Positions 10,636 to 20,670 are shown, numbered from the stretch's first letter. The stretch is 64,000 nucleotides of DNA from Candidatus Bathyarchaeia archaeon (GCA_050013255.1 JBEKFP010000001.1:1280001-1344000); one strand, 5' to 3'. Numbers and translations are program-made. The notes: generated by a model from the letters alone, not told the origin.

Positions 10636-11304
10636 TTGACCAAGTTAACCATGATAATTGACCTAAGCAGATGCTTAGGTTGCTGGACTTGTGCCCTCGG
10701 CTGCAAGGAGGAGAACAATGAACCCATCGGAATCTGGTGGAACCGCATCCTAACCAATGGCGGTAAGGAAATCGACACACCATCGGGAACCTACCCAGAC
10801 GTCAGAATGACCTACCTACCCATCAACTGCCAACACTGCGACAATGCCCCCTGCGTCAAAGTATGCCCCGTCGGAGCCCTCCAGAAACGAAATGATGGCA
10901 TCGTGTTCCTCGATTGGGGTACATGCATTGGTTGCCGCTACTGCCTCGTGGCGTGCCCATACGGAATCCCCGCCTTCAACTGGCACCCACCAACACAATC
11001 ACCGCCCAGCTCGCAAGTCAAGATAGGAGCTCCTGAAGTCCCACTCAGACCAGTGGGCGTTGCGGAGAAGTGCACTTTCTGCTTCCACAGAGTTGACAAA
11101 GGCAACCTCACACCGGCATGCATCGAGGTTTGCCCCGCCGGGGCACGCTTCTTCGGAGACCTCGACGACCCCACCAGCCAAGTCTCACAGATAATCCAAT
11201 CAAAGCCGACCATGAGGCTCCGGGAAGAGTTAGGCACAGAGCCTTCAGTGTACTATATTCCACCACGTAATCCTTTGAAGAACTTTGAGGTGACTCAAAC
11301 ATGA
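10636..11304 (+). CDS. 4Fe-4S dicluster subunit (DmsB/NrfC-like)
   Basis: Four Cys clusters including CQHCDNAPCVKVCP and KCTFC. Confidence 0.95.
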   Translation: MTKLTMIIDLSRCLGCWTCALGCKEENNEPIGIWWNRILTNGGKEIDTPSGTYPDVRMTYLPINCQHCDNAPCVKVCPVGALQKRNDGIVFLDWGTCIGCRYCLVACPYGIPAFNWHPPTQSPPSSQVKIGAPEVPLRPVGVAEKCTFCFHRVDKGNLTPACIEVCPAGARFFGDLDDPTSQVSQIIQSKPTMRLREELGTEPSVYYIPPRNPLKNFEVTQT

Positions 11305-12620
11305 AGAAGGGATCTAATATGACTAAGAACGAAGAGAGGATTCTCCAGCCCCTCGTCAAAACCGGGACCGCCTTCTACATCTTTGTAGGCGTTCTGTTGG
11401 TGTTGACGGGATGGTTCCTGTACTGCTGGTACACGCAAGTTAGCGAGGGACTTGTAGTAACGGGAATGCGTAGCGTCTACAATGCGCCCAACTACATGGG
11501 ATACAATATTTCCGGCGGTTCTCCCTGGGGAATCTACGTTACAAACTTCATCTTCTGGATAGGCATCAGCCACGCTGGAATCGCCATCTCAGCCTCAGTC
11601 AGGCTGATGAACCTGAACAAGTACAAAGTCGTAGCAAGAATGGCTGAAGTCCTGACCTTGGTAGCGTTGCCCATGGCGGCGCTCTCAATAGTCTTCGATG
11701 TCGGACGGCCAGATCGACTATTCAACCTCCTATCGGTGGGCAGATTCCAAGCACCCCTACTATGGGACCTTTCTGCAATTACAACATACTTCATGGGAAC
11801 GATCATCTACCTCTACCTCAGCCTCCGAGGCGACATTGACAAACTAGCCAGCAGACTGCCAAAGCGAGAAAAGTTCTACAGACGCCTCGCGATGCACTAC
11901 GAGGGAACAGCGACTGAGAAAGAAATACACACAAAGACCCTGTGGTGGCTTGCAGTGGCGATCGTTCCAATCATGGTCACCGTCCACAGCGTAGTCTCAT
12001 TTGTCTTCGGCCTTATGGTGGCAAGAGCCAGCTGGTACTCAACAATATTCGCAATCTACTTCGTCGTCGGCGCAATCGTCAGCGGTGTCGCCGCCGTTTA
12101 CTCGTTGGCCTGGATACTTAGGTGGCTCTACAAATGGCAGACATTCGTTACGGATGAAGTTTTGAAGGGAATCTCGTGGGCTCTTCGAAACGTGCTAATC
12201 ATATACATCTACCTCTGGATTGCAGAAGAACTCACGACAAGATACCAAGGCCCTGCCGCCGAGTTGAGGGTATCAGACTTCCTCTGGAGTGGACCCTACG
12301 CACCAATTTTCTGGCCTTTGGCAATCATTGGGTTCGGTATTCCCGCAATAATACTACTCGCGCCAGTCTTCAAGAAACGGGCGTTCAATCCGGCTCTAAT
12401 CTTTGCAGCCTCAATAATTCTGAACGTGGCCCTATGGGTTAAGAGATTCACAATAGTGGTACCCTCCCTACTCAACCCGCCACTCTACTCCACTGGGATC
12501 TACATCCCCACTGTGACCGAAGTGTCCATCATGCTGGGAACGTTTTGGATGGCAACTCTGTTGTACTTGGCTTTCCTGAAGCTATTCCCAATCATCGAAT
12601 TAGACGTGGTGGAGGCATAG
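11301..12620 (+). CDS. NrfD/PsrC family membrane anchor
   Basis: PWGIYVTNFIFWIG, DVGRPDR, PLLWD; about 10 TM helices. Confidence 0.92.
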   Translation: MKKGSNMTKNEERILQPLVKTGTAFYIFVGVLLVLTGWFLYCWYTQVSEGLVVTGMRSVYNAPNYMGYNISGGSPWGIYVTNFIFWIGISHAGIAISASVRLMNLNKYKVVARMAEVLTLVALPMAALSIVFDVGRPDRLFNLLSVGRFQAPLLWDLSAITTYFMGTIIYLYLSLRGDIDKLASRLPKREKFYRRLAMHYEGTATEKEIHTKTLWWLAVAIVPIMVTVHSVVSFVFGLMVARASWYSTIFAIYFVVGAIVSGVAAVYSLAWILRWLYKWQTFVTDEVLKGISWALRNVLIIYIYLWIAEELTTRYQGPAAELRVSDFLWSGPYAPIFWPLAIIGFGIPAIILLAPVFKKRAFNPALIFAASIILNVALWVKRFTIVVPSLLNPPLYSTGIYIPTVTEVSIMLGTFWMATLLYLAFLKLFPIIELDVVEA

Positions 12621-12624
12621 AACA

Positions 12625-12921
12625 ATGACAAACATCAAGGCCGTTTCGGTTGCGTTGCTCGGGCTTCTCTTGATCGTGTTGGGCGTAGGATTCTGGGTGT
12701 TAGGTGACGCTACAAGCTCTGTCGTTACGCTACCTTTGGCTAGCACAGGTGCGCATTGGGCTCCGTTGATTTGGTTGCTTGGAATTATCGTGCTGCTTTC
12801 AGCGGCCTTCGCGAACACAATGCAAGTCAAGCACTACTTTGTTTGGCTACTTGTACTGGTCGTCGGTTACCTGGCCGTGTTCGTCGTACTGGTTGGTGTA
12901 ACCTCAGTAATCATCCCATAA
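12625..12921 (+). CDS. Small 3-TM membrane protein
   Basis: Hydrophobic; lies inside the operon. Confidence 0.7.
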   Translation: MTNIKAVSVALLGLLLIVLGVGFWVLGDATSSVVTLPLASTGAHWAPLIWLLGIIVLLSAAFANTMQVKHYFVWLLVLVVGYLAVFVVLVGVTSVIIP

Positions 12922-12985
12922 ACCTTCAAAACCCCTCTCACACTACCCCCCCTTCCAACGGGCAACGTGGCTAGAGGCGAGACTA

Positions 12986-13648
12986 ATGCCTAGCTCCATC
13001 GACTCCAATGCTAATGCGAAAGCTAACTTCAGGACCAATGTATACGGGATCCTCGCCCTAGCGTTCTCTCCCCCCCAATCCGAAGCCAAGAATCTTTACG
13101 CAGCAATCTTAGACGCACATTCATCTCTCCGCTCGCCTGAGGATACTGCAGCTCCAGACGTGAACTTCCCGGAAGATACAACGTCCACCGACCTGGGCAG
13201 AGAACACCTGAGGCTATTTGTGGGCCCAGGCCACATTCAATGCCCCCCATATGAGGCGGTTTACCGAAAAGACAGGCCGGGTATGGAAAAGGGGCTTCTG
13301 ATGGGCCCATCAACGGCCGATGTGCGCCGAAGATACGCCGAAGCCCACCTCGCTATGTCTAAGAAATTCACTGACCTACCAGACCACATAACCGTCGAAA
13401 TGGAATTCATGCATTTCCTATGCGGTGAAGAATCAAAGTTCGCAGAACAGGGGAACCCTCAAGAATCGGTGAAAATGAGGAGGTTTCAAAAGGAATTCCT
13501 TAACCAACATCTCAAACCATGGGTGAAAGATTTCGCTGACTGCGTCTTACGATCAGCCAATTCATCCTTCTACAAAGCGGCTGCAAGCCTGCTGAAAACA
13601 TTCATTGAAAGCGAGTCCGAAAACTTCCTGGAAAGCGACACGCAATGA
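12986..13648 (+). CDS. TorD/DmsD family maturation chaperone
   Basis: PPYEAVY, LPDHITVEMEFM, FLNQHLKPW. Confidence 0.92.
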   Translation: MPSSIDSNANAKANFRTNVYGILALAFSPPQSEAKNLYAAILDAHSSLRSPEDTAAPDVNFPEDTTSTDLGREHLRLFVGPGHIQCPPYEAVYRKDRPGMEKGLLMGPSTADVRRRYAEAHLAMSKKFTDLPDHITVEMEFMHFLCGEESKFAEQGNPQESVKMRRFQKEFLNQHLKPWVKDFADCVLRSANSSFYKAAASLLKTFIESESENFLESDTQ

Positions 13649-15048
13649 GAGTCACAGTTCACCTAAACAACCTGGACCCGGAACTCAGAGAAAAAGTCAC
13701 GACACACATCCACAATAACTGGAGCAAAGCCACAATCACCAATGAAACAAACGCTAATTTCCGGAAGAGAAATGAGGCGACACTAGTCATCAGCGGTGAG
13801 GGGTTCCCAGCCGTGGACACAGCGGCTCCACTCCACGACACAATCATAGTGCGAAGCTCAGCTTCAACCGAACAGATTCTTTTCCTGGTAGATGCGAAGC
13901 TCGGCAGGCTCACGAACTCAGACATTGTAAACGCAAAGCAGAGCACCTCGCCGAAGCCCACAATATCAAGGAGAGAATTCCTACTTGGACCATTTAGCAG
14001 ATCTCCCCACCCCCAAAACCTGCCCGTGGTGGCAAGCGATTCATGTGAAGCGAAGTTCGGTTGTTCCAAATGCGTTGACGCATGCCCGGCACTGGGTGCG
14101 TTGAGAATCGAGAATGACTCAGTTATTGTGTCGAGTGAACACTGCATTGAGTGCGGAATATGCGCAGGCGTTTGCCCGGTCGCGGCTATTCAGATGCCCA
14201 ACTTCTCGGACGACGCCTACCGCGGCCTCTTGAAAGCCGTGCACGGCTCATCGGCCCCAAAGAAGACAGTAGTGATCACCTGCAACAAATCAAGCGTACC
14301 CCAACAGCCATGGATGGACGTGGAGGAGGTGCGTGGAATTGGTTGCATGGGTGTTAGGCAACTCGCAATGGCCGCTGGCTCGTCGATTGGTGCACTGCTT
14401 GTTTACTGCCCTGACGGACTGTGCGCGGGCAAAGAGAACCCGAAACGAGCAGCGAACCTCATCTCCTTGATTGTAGGTGAGAATGGCCCGATAGTTGCTT
14501 ACTTAGAGGGGAGCGCGGGCACCCTTCAAATGAACCAGATTCACGAGTCAGCTCGGGCGCATGACAGACCATTAACCCCAGCTGGGGCTCCGTGGAAAGA
14601 CTACGTGAAATCTCTCAAATCCATTTCGAGACCGGAAGCTCACGTAAAGGGGTTTGGCCTCACGCAGATGGAGGTGGCTGACTCATGCACGCTCTGCTAC
14701 GCATGCGTGGAATCCTGCCCCCACCAAGGAGCACTCGCAATCCAAGAGGACAAACTAATCTTCGGGCCGGAGGAATGCACTGGGTGTGGTTACTGCGAGC
14801 AAATCTGCCCTGAACGCTCGATAACCCTCTCTGAAATGGTTGGGCCGATGAACCTGCCAGCACGAACTGTCTACAGGGATGAAATGATGAGATGTGCGAA
14901 GTGCAACACCCCCTACGTTTCAGCAAAAATGTTCAAGAAGGTTTCGGAAACCCTTCAGAGCGACGAAAGTACCCTGAGGCTCTGCCAGAGTTGCAGACAG
15001 AAAGAAACATACGATAAGATACTTGGAAGCATTCGCGGACCCGCGTAG
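13645..15048 (+). CDS. Polyferredoxin
   Basis: Multiple CxxCxxCxxxCP motifs; ATGA overlap with the chaperone gene. Confidence 0.88.
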   Translation: MRVTVHLNNLDPELREKVTTHIHNNWSKATITNETNANFRKRNEATLVISGEGFPAVDTAAPLHDTIIVRSSASTEQILFLVDAKLGRLTNSDIVNAKQSTSPKPTISRREFLLGPFSRSPHPQNLPVVASDSCEAKFGCSKCVDACPALGALRIENDSVIVSSEHCIECGICAGVCPVAAIQMPNFSDDAYRGLLKAVHGSSAPKKTVVITCNKSSVPQQPWMDVEEVRGIGCMGVRQLAMAAGSSIGALLVYCPDGLCAGKENPKRAANLISLIVGENGPIVAYLEGSAGTLQMNQIHESARAHDRPLTPAGAPWKDYVKSLKSISRPEAHVKGFGLTQMEVADSCTLCYACVESCPHQGALAIQEDKLIFGPEECTGCGYCEQICPERSITLSEMVGPMNLPARTVYRDEMMRCAKCNTPYVSAKMFKKVSETLQSDESTLRLCQSCRQKETYDKILGSIRGPA

Positions 15049-15101
15049 CGAAACCCGCTATGCCATCACATTCAGAGATTTCACAATTGGAGGCTACTGG
15101 C

Positions 15102-16295
15102 CTAAATGAGAATAGCTGCCAGAGCAATGACACCAGACGCCACAACAAGCACTAGACTGACCCAGTACGCAGCACTCCACCCCAAACCAGACGATAACTT
15201 CCCCATAACCCGTTTCTTCCTCGTGATCAATCCAACCATTGCGCCCGGTCCGATGAGAACGAAAACGAACAGAACCATCATACCGATTGCTAGATGGAAC
15301 AAATCCGGGAAGAGCATGGGAACAAAAAGAGCTGGAAGAGATTCAATCAAATAAATCCAGAAGAACTTCTGCCTACCCCAACCTATCGCCTCAGCCACAC
15401 CCCAGGCACTACCTAGAGAAACAACAACAAGGGCCAAGAACGAAGCTGCTATCAAGCCTATGCCAAAAAGATACGGAGCGTAGGACCCGGCAAGAAAAGA
15501 CAACGCCTGCGAAAGCTGCTTAGGTGAACTCGTTTCGATCAAGACGCCGTTCAAACCAATTGTAGCCAACAATATCACGACCATTCCAACTTCACTCGCT
15601 ATGGCGCCCACCAAAGTCTCAAGGCGAGAACTCCATACGCTCTTAACCCGCTTCTCAGCCGTAGCCGCAGCCTGGTAAAATAGCATGAAAGGCATTACCA
15701 CAGCCCCCGCAGTCGCCGCCAATAAGTAAAGGAACCCCGGCTTCCAACTCCAGAAAAAGAACATGTACTCACGAACGGGAGGCAATCCCCTAAGAAATAG
15801 CGAACCACCGTACGAAACGATGAGAACAACAGAGAAAACGACCAGGAACCTTTCCACGGTCGTGTACCCTCTCTTCCAAACAATAGCGAGGTAAACCACG
15901 TAGATCACGGGTAGGGAGAGAATTGGTGCAATTCCCAGAAGTTGAAAACCTATGGCGATTCCCGTAAACTCAGCAACATAACTAAGAATGTCCGTACACG
16001 CCATTGGAACACTCGTCAGCAAGGCGATTCTCCGAGAATAATTCTCCCTGATAATCTCACCCAACCCCTTACCCGTTGCGACCCCGATTCTTCCAGCAGC
16101 CTCCTGGATGAAGAACAATGGTACAACCAAAAGGAGCAGAAACCAGACAAGCGAGTACCCGTACAGGGCTCCATCAGCGGCCGCAGTCAATATGCTTGCA
16201 GCATCCACGTCTGCAATCATCACAACCCAAGCGGGACCGAATGAATGGACAAACGTCCGCCACCTGCCTAGTCCAAAGATGTCTCGCCTTTCCAT
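15102..16295 (-). CDS. NRAMP family divalent metal transporter
   Basis: GPAWVVMIADVDA, GKGLGEII, GAVVMPFMLFYQ. Confidence 0.9.
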   Translation of the reverse strand: MERRDIFGLGRWRTFVHSFGPAWVVMIADVDAASILTAAADGALYGYSLVWFLLLLVVPLFFIQEAAGRIGVATGKGLGEIIRENYSRRIALLTSVPMACTDILSYVAEFTGIAIGFQLLGIAPILSLPVIYVVYLAIVWKRGYTTVERFLVVFSVVLIVSYGGSLFLRGLPPVREYMFFFWSWKPGFLYLLAATAGAVVMPFMLFYQAAATAEKRVKSVWSSRLETLVGAIASEVGMVVILLATIGLNGVLIETSSPKQLSQALSFLAGSYAPYLFGIGLIAASFLALVVVSLGSAWGVAEAIGWGRQKFFWIYLIESLPALFVPMLFPDLFHLAIGMMVLFVFVLIGPGAMVGLITRKKRVMGKLSSGLGWSAAYWVSLVLVVASGVIALAAILI

Positions 16296-16421
16296 GTGGT
16301 CATTCAGTCCTAATCCAATCAGCCGCTTGCGAAATCTACCATTTGAACTCTTTCTTGTTGTGAATGAATTTGCGACCGTGCACTTGTCCGCTTCGATGGT
16401 GACAAGATTGTTGAGATGTGG

Positions 16422-16447
16422 GACCTTTAGTTACGACCTTTAGTTAC
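16422..16447. repeat. Perfect 13-bp tandem duplication GACCTTTAGTTAC x2
   Basis: Read directly at 16422-16434 and 16435-16447. Confidence 0.85.
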
Positions 16448-16459
16448 GCTCTGCTCTCG

Positions 16460-16900
16460 TCAATCCCCGCGTCGCGATCGTGAAACGGCGACCGCAGGTG
16501 TCAGGACTTGAACGCCCAGGCGCAAGAGTTCCCTGGATTTGAAATGTTTCTTGTTGTAGGTGATGATTGTTGACGGCGACCTCGCTAGGGCTAACGCTGC
16601 AAACGGCGCATCTGTCTCATCCCGCACTAATTTCAGCGCTCCTTTGAGGCTGCTATTGTAGCCCGAAAGTGGGACGAATTCAACGTTCTCCAAGAGACGG
16701 TCCAAAGCTTCTTCAAGCTGCTGGTGCGTAAGACCTGCCTTGGCAGATATTTCTTTGCTATGAGCCCTGAGCTCTTCGGATAATTCAGCTGGAGCTACGA
16801 CTTCGCAATTGTCCGTATGGAGTAGAATCGCAAGGCTGGTTCTTGTGATTCCTTCCGTGCTTACCAGAGAAGACATCAAAACGTTGGTGTCGAGAATCAG
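16460..16900 (-). CDS. PIN-domain (VapC-like) toxin; probable CTG start
   Basis: ILDTN motif lies upstream of the ORF-track start; D..DAPF and ITYNKKHF; CTGA overlap with the partner stop codon. Confidence 0.85.
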   Translation of the reverse strand: MILDTNVLMSSLVSTEGITRTSLAILLHTDNCEVVAPAELSEELRAHSKEISAKAGLTHQQLEEALDRLLENVEFVPLSGYNSSLKGALKLVRDETDAPFAALALARSPSTIITYNKKHFKSRELLRLGVQVLTPAVAVSRSRRGD

Positions 16901-17115
16901 TGTTTGTATGGGCTAAGCCTCTTCCAGGCCGCGATCTTGATTTCGCGGGAGAGCTTGTCAGCTTCTTTCTTGCTTAGTTTGGATGAGGACGCTAAGACCT
17001 CCAGCACAGCGAAACTTCTCAAGAGGGCGCCCATTTTCTCACGAGAGATGCCGCTGCGCTCTGCAAGTTCAAGAATCTCGGCTGGGATTTCCACGGGAAC
17101 GGTTTCCGTGACCAT
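16897..17115 (-). CDS. Putative antitoxin of the PIN toxin
   Basis: Small gene overlapping the PIN start; N-terminal strand-helix-helix-like pattern. Confidence 0.7.
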   Translation of the reverse strand: MVTETVPVEIPAEILELAERSGISREKMGALLRSFAVLEVLASSSKLSKKEADKLSREIKIAAWKRLSPYKH

Positions 17116-17536
17116 GGTTCCACACGACATTGCATATCTTGACCATTTGAAAAAGGTTCCCAGGCGCCAGCTTCAATCACCCGACGCGACCCCGCTATTC
17201 ATTGCGTAGCCTGAGCCGTAGCTGGATCGAATCGGCCGGATTATCAGAGCATTTTCGATAATACTTCCTCGTACTCTTTCTCGAGTGTCTGTGCCGTGCG
17301 GTGGCGTGCGCGCACGCTTGGAGGGACCCCCCAGGGGGGTGGTGCATCTTCTGGGGTCAGGAGGGGTTGATTTTGCGGTTTCCCTGGGACGTGAGTAATA
17401 TGGGGCTGAGCGGACGGATGGATTCTCGAGGTGTGGCGCACGCGAATTGCCTGGTCCCGTTTTGAGGTGGGTGAGTGTTTCAGCTACCTCCCTACCCGTA
17501 CGCGTGGCGGCAAACGTCAATTCTCCTTGACGAGGC

Positions 17537-17920
17537 ATGCGACGCGGGTGTGTGAAGGAATCGGCCGAGCAAACGAGCGACGAGGCTACGACGGGGAAGG
17601 CGAAGCTGAGGATTGGGTTGTCTGCCGATGAGCATGCTGAACTGCGGAGAGCGGCCAGCGAAAGCGAGTTCCCGAACATGGCGCTTCTTGTTTTTCAGGC
17701 AATTCACGCGGGGCTTGAGGGTGACGAGGTCGTCGGTGTGCAGAGGAAGCACACGAAGAGCGTTACCATCCACATTTCTAGAGAGTTCAAGCAGAAAATT
17801 CGGGCGAGAGCACGCATGTACCGGGTGACCCAGCAAGCACTCCTCCACAGCCTACTCTTCCAATACATACGCAACAGACCATGGCTGAGGACGCAAGCAG
17901 AGAAGACGGAGGTGGCCTGA
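17537..17920 (+). CDS. Tandem ribbon-helix-helix-like DNA-binding protein
   Basis: Two repeats: LRIGLSADEHAEL and VTIHISREFKQKI. Confidence 0.6.
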   Translation: MRRGCVKESAEQTSDEATTGKAKLRIGLSADEHAELRRAASESEFPNMALLVFQAIHAGLEGDEVVGVQRKHTKSVTIHISREFKQKIRARARMYRVTQQALLHSLLFQYIRNRPWLRTQAEKTEVA

Positions 17921-17922
17921 AA

Positions 17923-18327
17923 ATGAAGAGCGAGACAGAACGAGACGGCAAGCCAACGGTCCACAAGGTGCCACTGATCACCGAGAAGGACGCGAAGGAG
18001 TACGAAGCCGTTAAGGCTGGCTTAATCGGCGAGTTGAAGAAACTGGGAAGCTACGAACCGGAAGTAGACGACCTACAAATCGACGCCATCGCCCGAGCCA
18101 CAATATACATGAAAAACCTGGAAAAACTCCTCGACTCTGAAAAGGCGAATCCTGAAACCTACAGCCGCGTCACAGACGCCCAAGCCAAACTGAGAAAGAT
18201 CATAGAAGGCGCCTTCCATGAACTCGCCGTCACACGCAGAGAAAGAATCGCGAACCAGGCCGGCAAAGCCGGGGAAGAGGAGTTGGCGAAGCTTATCCTA
18301 GAGGCGCTGAAAAATAAGCCAAAGTGA
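17923..18327 (+). CDS. Putative terminase small subunit
   Basis: Helical 134-aa protein directly upstream of TerL; GGAGGTG Shine-Dalgarno; assigned mainly by position. Confidence 0.55.
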   Translation: MKSETERDGKPTVHKVPLITEKDAKEYEAVKAGLIGELKKLGSYEPEVDDLQIDAIARATIYMKNLEKLLDSEKANPETYSRVTDAQAKLRKIIEGAFHELAVTRRERIANQAGKAGEEELAKLILEALKNKPK

Positions 18328-18352
18328 GCCCTTAAAAAAATATGCGCAATAC

Positions 18353-19642
18353 GTGGCGGAGTCGCTCAGAGACCCAGTCAATTTCGCACGCAACTTCCTA
18401 AACTTCGAACCCTTCCCATACCAGGAAGAATTTCTACGCGACGAGTCCCACCTCATCGCTGCCTGCTGCGGCCGACAAGTCGGCAAAACCACCCTAGCCG
18501 CAATCAAAGCCCTACACTACACCCTAGCCAACAACCCGGTTCGCACCCTAATCATCAGCGCCGGCCTAAGACAGAGCATGATACTCTTCGACAAAATCCT
18601 TGAGAAGACCGAGGCCGCTGTCCCAGCCAAGGTTCTAACGAGCTACAAATCCAGAACCAAGATTCGTTTCGCGAATGGGTCAGAGATTGTGGCCCTACCC
18701 TGCGGAAGGGACGGTTCAACGTTGCGGGGATTTACCGCGGATATGGTCATTCTTGACGAAGCGAATTTCATACCGAGAATTGTCATCGACTCCGTCATTA
18801 GGCCCACAATGATAACGCGCCCTAATTCGAGGTTGATTATGATTTCGACGCCTTGGGTGCGGGACCACCCGTTCTATGAAGCCATCAGCAAACCCGAGCT
18901 AGGCTTCAAAACGTACACTTGGCCCTCATCGATTAGCCCGCTAATTACGCCTGAGAAGCTTGAGGTGGAAAGGAACACGATTGGAGAATATGACTTCAAC
19001 CGTGAGTACAACGCCGCCTTCATTGACGACGAGTTCAGCTACCTACCTAGCAAATTAGTGCTAAGCTGTACCGACAGCTATGAGCTGAACGGAGAGCCAG
19101 GACCCGGGGAGAGGTACAAAGGCGAATACCTCATCGGAATAGATTTCGGAAAACACACCGACCACTCCGCAATCGCCGTCTTAGAGAAGGCTGGCGATGA
19201 TCTTCGCCTCGTCTACCTGAAGGAACTGCCGCTGGAGACCTCCTACACGGCGGTGATAGGCAGTGTGAGGAGGTTGAACGAGGCGTACGCCTTTGCGGCG
19301 GGATGCCTCGACAAGACGGGAGTGGGTGAAGGGCCCTACGAAGAGATCAAACAATTCATGCGAGGAATGGAAGGAGTCACCCTAACCGCACAAATGAAGG
19401 AAGACCTCATGGGCAAACTGAAACTCGCCTTAGAAAAAGGCAAACTCACCCTCCCAAGAGACAACCCACAACTCCTAGTCCAGATGACGGCGCAACAATG
19501 CGAAGCCACTAAGTCCGGGACGCTGAGGTTCAGCCACCCAGCCGGCACGCATGACGATCAATTGTGGAGCCTTGCATTAGCCATCTACGCATCACAACAG
19601 CAGACTCGACCGAACTTTAAGCCAATTACTCGATCTTTCTGA
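18353..19642 (+). CDS. Terminase large subunit
   Basis: PYQ, Walker A GRQVGKT, LRG, Walker B ILDEA, ISTP; RNase H-like IGIDFG...DKTGVG...HDD. Confidence 0.93.
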   Translation: MAESLRDPVNFARNFLNFEPFPYQEEFLRDESHLIAACCGRQVGKTTLAAIKALHYTLANNPVRTLIISAGLRQSMILFDKILEKTEAAVPAKVLTSYKSRTKIRFANGSEIVALPCGRDGSTLRGFTADMVILDEANFIPRIVIDSVIRPTMITRPNSRLIMISTPWVRDHPFYEAISKPELGFKTYTWPSSISPLITPEKLEVERNTIGEYDFNREYNAAFIDDEFSYLPSKLVLSCTDSYELNGEPGPGERYKGEYLIGIDFGKHTDHSAIAVLEKAGDDLRLVYLKELPLETSYTAVIGSVRRLNEAYAFAAGCLDKTGVGEGPYEEIKQFMRGMEGVTLTAQMKEDLMGKLKLALEKGKLTLPRDNPQLLVQMTAQQCEATKSGTLRFSHPAGTHDDQLWSLALAIYASQQQTRPNFKPITRSF

Positions 19643-20072
19643 CATCAGCCCAAAAAGCACACAATCCAACTCAATCTCCCAACCAAATAACACAAGCATC
19701 TCACAACCAATGACGCTACTCGCCGCTGCCGGAGGCATTGGCGTGCTCCTCGGCGCAGCGATAGTTATTCTTGCCATTCATTCCAGGCAAGGAAATAGGC
19801 CGAAGACACGGAGAACACGGTCTCATACCTTGACTAGCCTGGCATCATCTGTCTGTTGAACAAAATGACCGTTGTTTTGGCCTTCGCTGAGAGAGATGAA
19901 GAATGAATTGAGATCAGATCGTTCCGATGTTTGACCTGAGCGTAATGTTTTGTCAGATTCTTTCATAAATCGTCGGAGAAATATCTACTCAGCAGGATTC
20001 CTGACAGAACTGCCTGGTCGTAGGTCTGAGTGACAAGCGGCGCCCACGCCGACATTTCCATTAACAGAACCG

Positions 20073-20648
20073 TTAGTACTGAAAGCCTTTGACGGCTTTC
20101 TGCACACCGTGGTATTGACGAACCATGTCTGTCAATTCTACTAATAGGTCAACAACTATCTCGTCTTCAAGTTCAGCCAGTGTCTTGATTGCCTTGCGCT
20201 GGTAGTTCCCTCTTATGAGAGTTTTCGGCTTAACGTCCTTCATGAGAAAGGCGTACACCTTGTTTGAAGAACCTTTTAGTTCCTTCAGGGTGTGTGATGG
20301 ACGGGCATAGTACACGAGTGTAGTCATGCCACGTTTGATGGCGTCCAAGAACTCTAGCTTAGTCCGTTCAGAGTACTCTTTGCCGAACAGTCCGACATAC
20401 ATCTGACTCTTGTTCATCCCATCTGTCATTTTCTTTTCGATATCGCCTCCTCGACCATACTCGACGACCTCGGCGAAAAATAGCGGCTGGTAGTACGGCT
20501 CATCTGCTGCGCCCTTTTCATGCTCTCCGACTTTGCTATAGTTGACCACCTGCACCGAGTCAAGTGTTCTTTTGAGTTGCGCACGAAAATCTGAGAACTC
20601 GTCTTCGTGGGAGCTGATGAAGACGTGAATCGGTTCAGGAGGATTCAG
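20073..20648 (-). CDS. DUF4062 (TIR-like fold) protein; probable CTG start
   Basis: In-frame upstream extension encodes IHVFISS; YVGLFGKEYS..T..EF..A. Confidence 0.75.
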   Translation of the reverse strand: MNPPEPIHVFISSHEDEFSDFRAQLKRTLDSVQVVNYSKVGEHEKGAADEPYYQPLFFAEVVEYGRGGDIEKKMTDGMNKSQMYVGLFGKEYSERTKLEFLDAIKRGMTTLVYYARPSHTLKELKGSSNKVYAFLMKDVKPKTLIRGNYQRKAIKTLAELEDEIVVDLLVELTDMVRQYHGVQKAVKGFQY

Positions 20649-20670
20649 ATGTCCTCAGCCCGTCAGACGC

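Noticed and set aside
13960-13990. Internal SRREFL twin-arginine motif in the polyferredoxin as a Tat signal
   Set aside because: It lies about 105 residues into the protein with no following hydrophobic region
17173-17679. 168-aa minus-strand ORF upstream of the terminase operon
   Set aside because: Pro/Arg-rich with no motifs and overlaps a better plus-strand gene; likely non-coding GC-rich DNA
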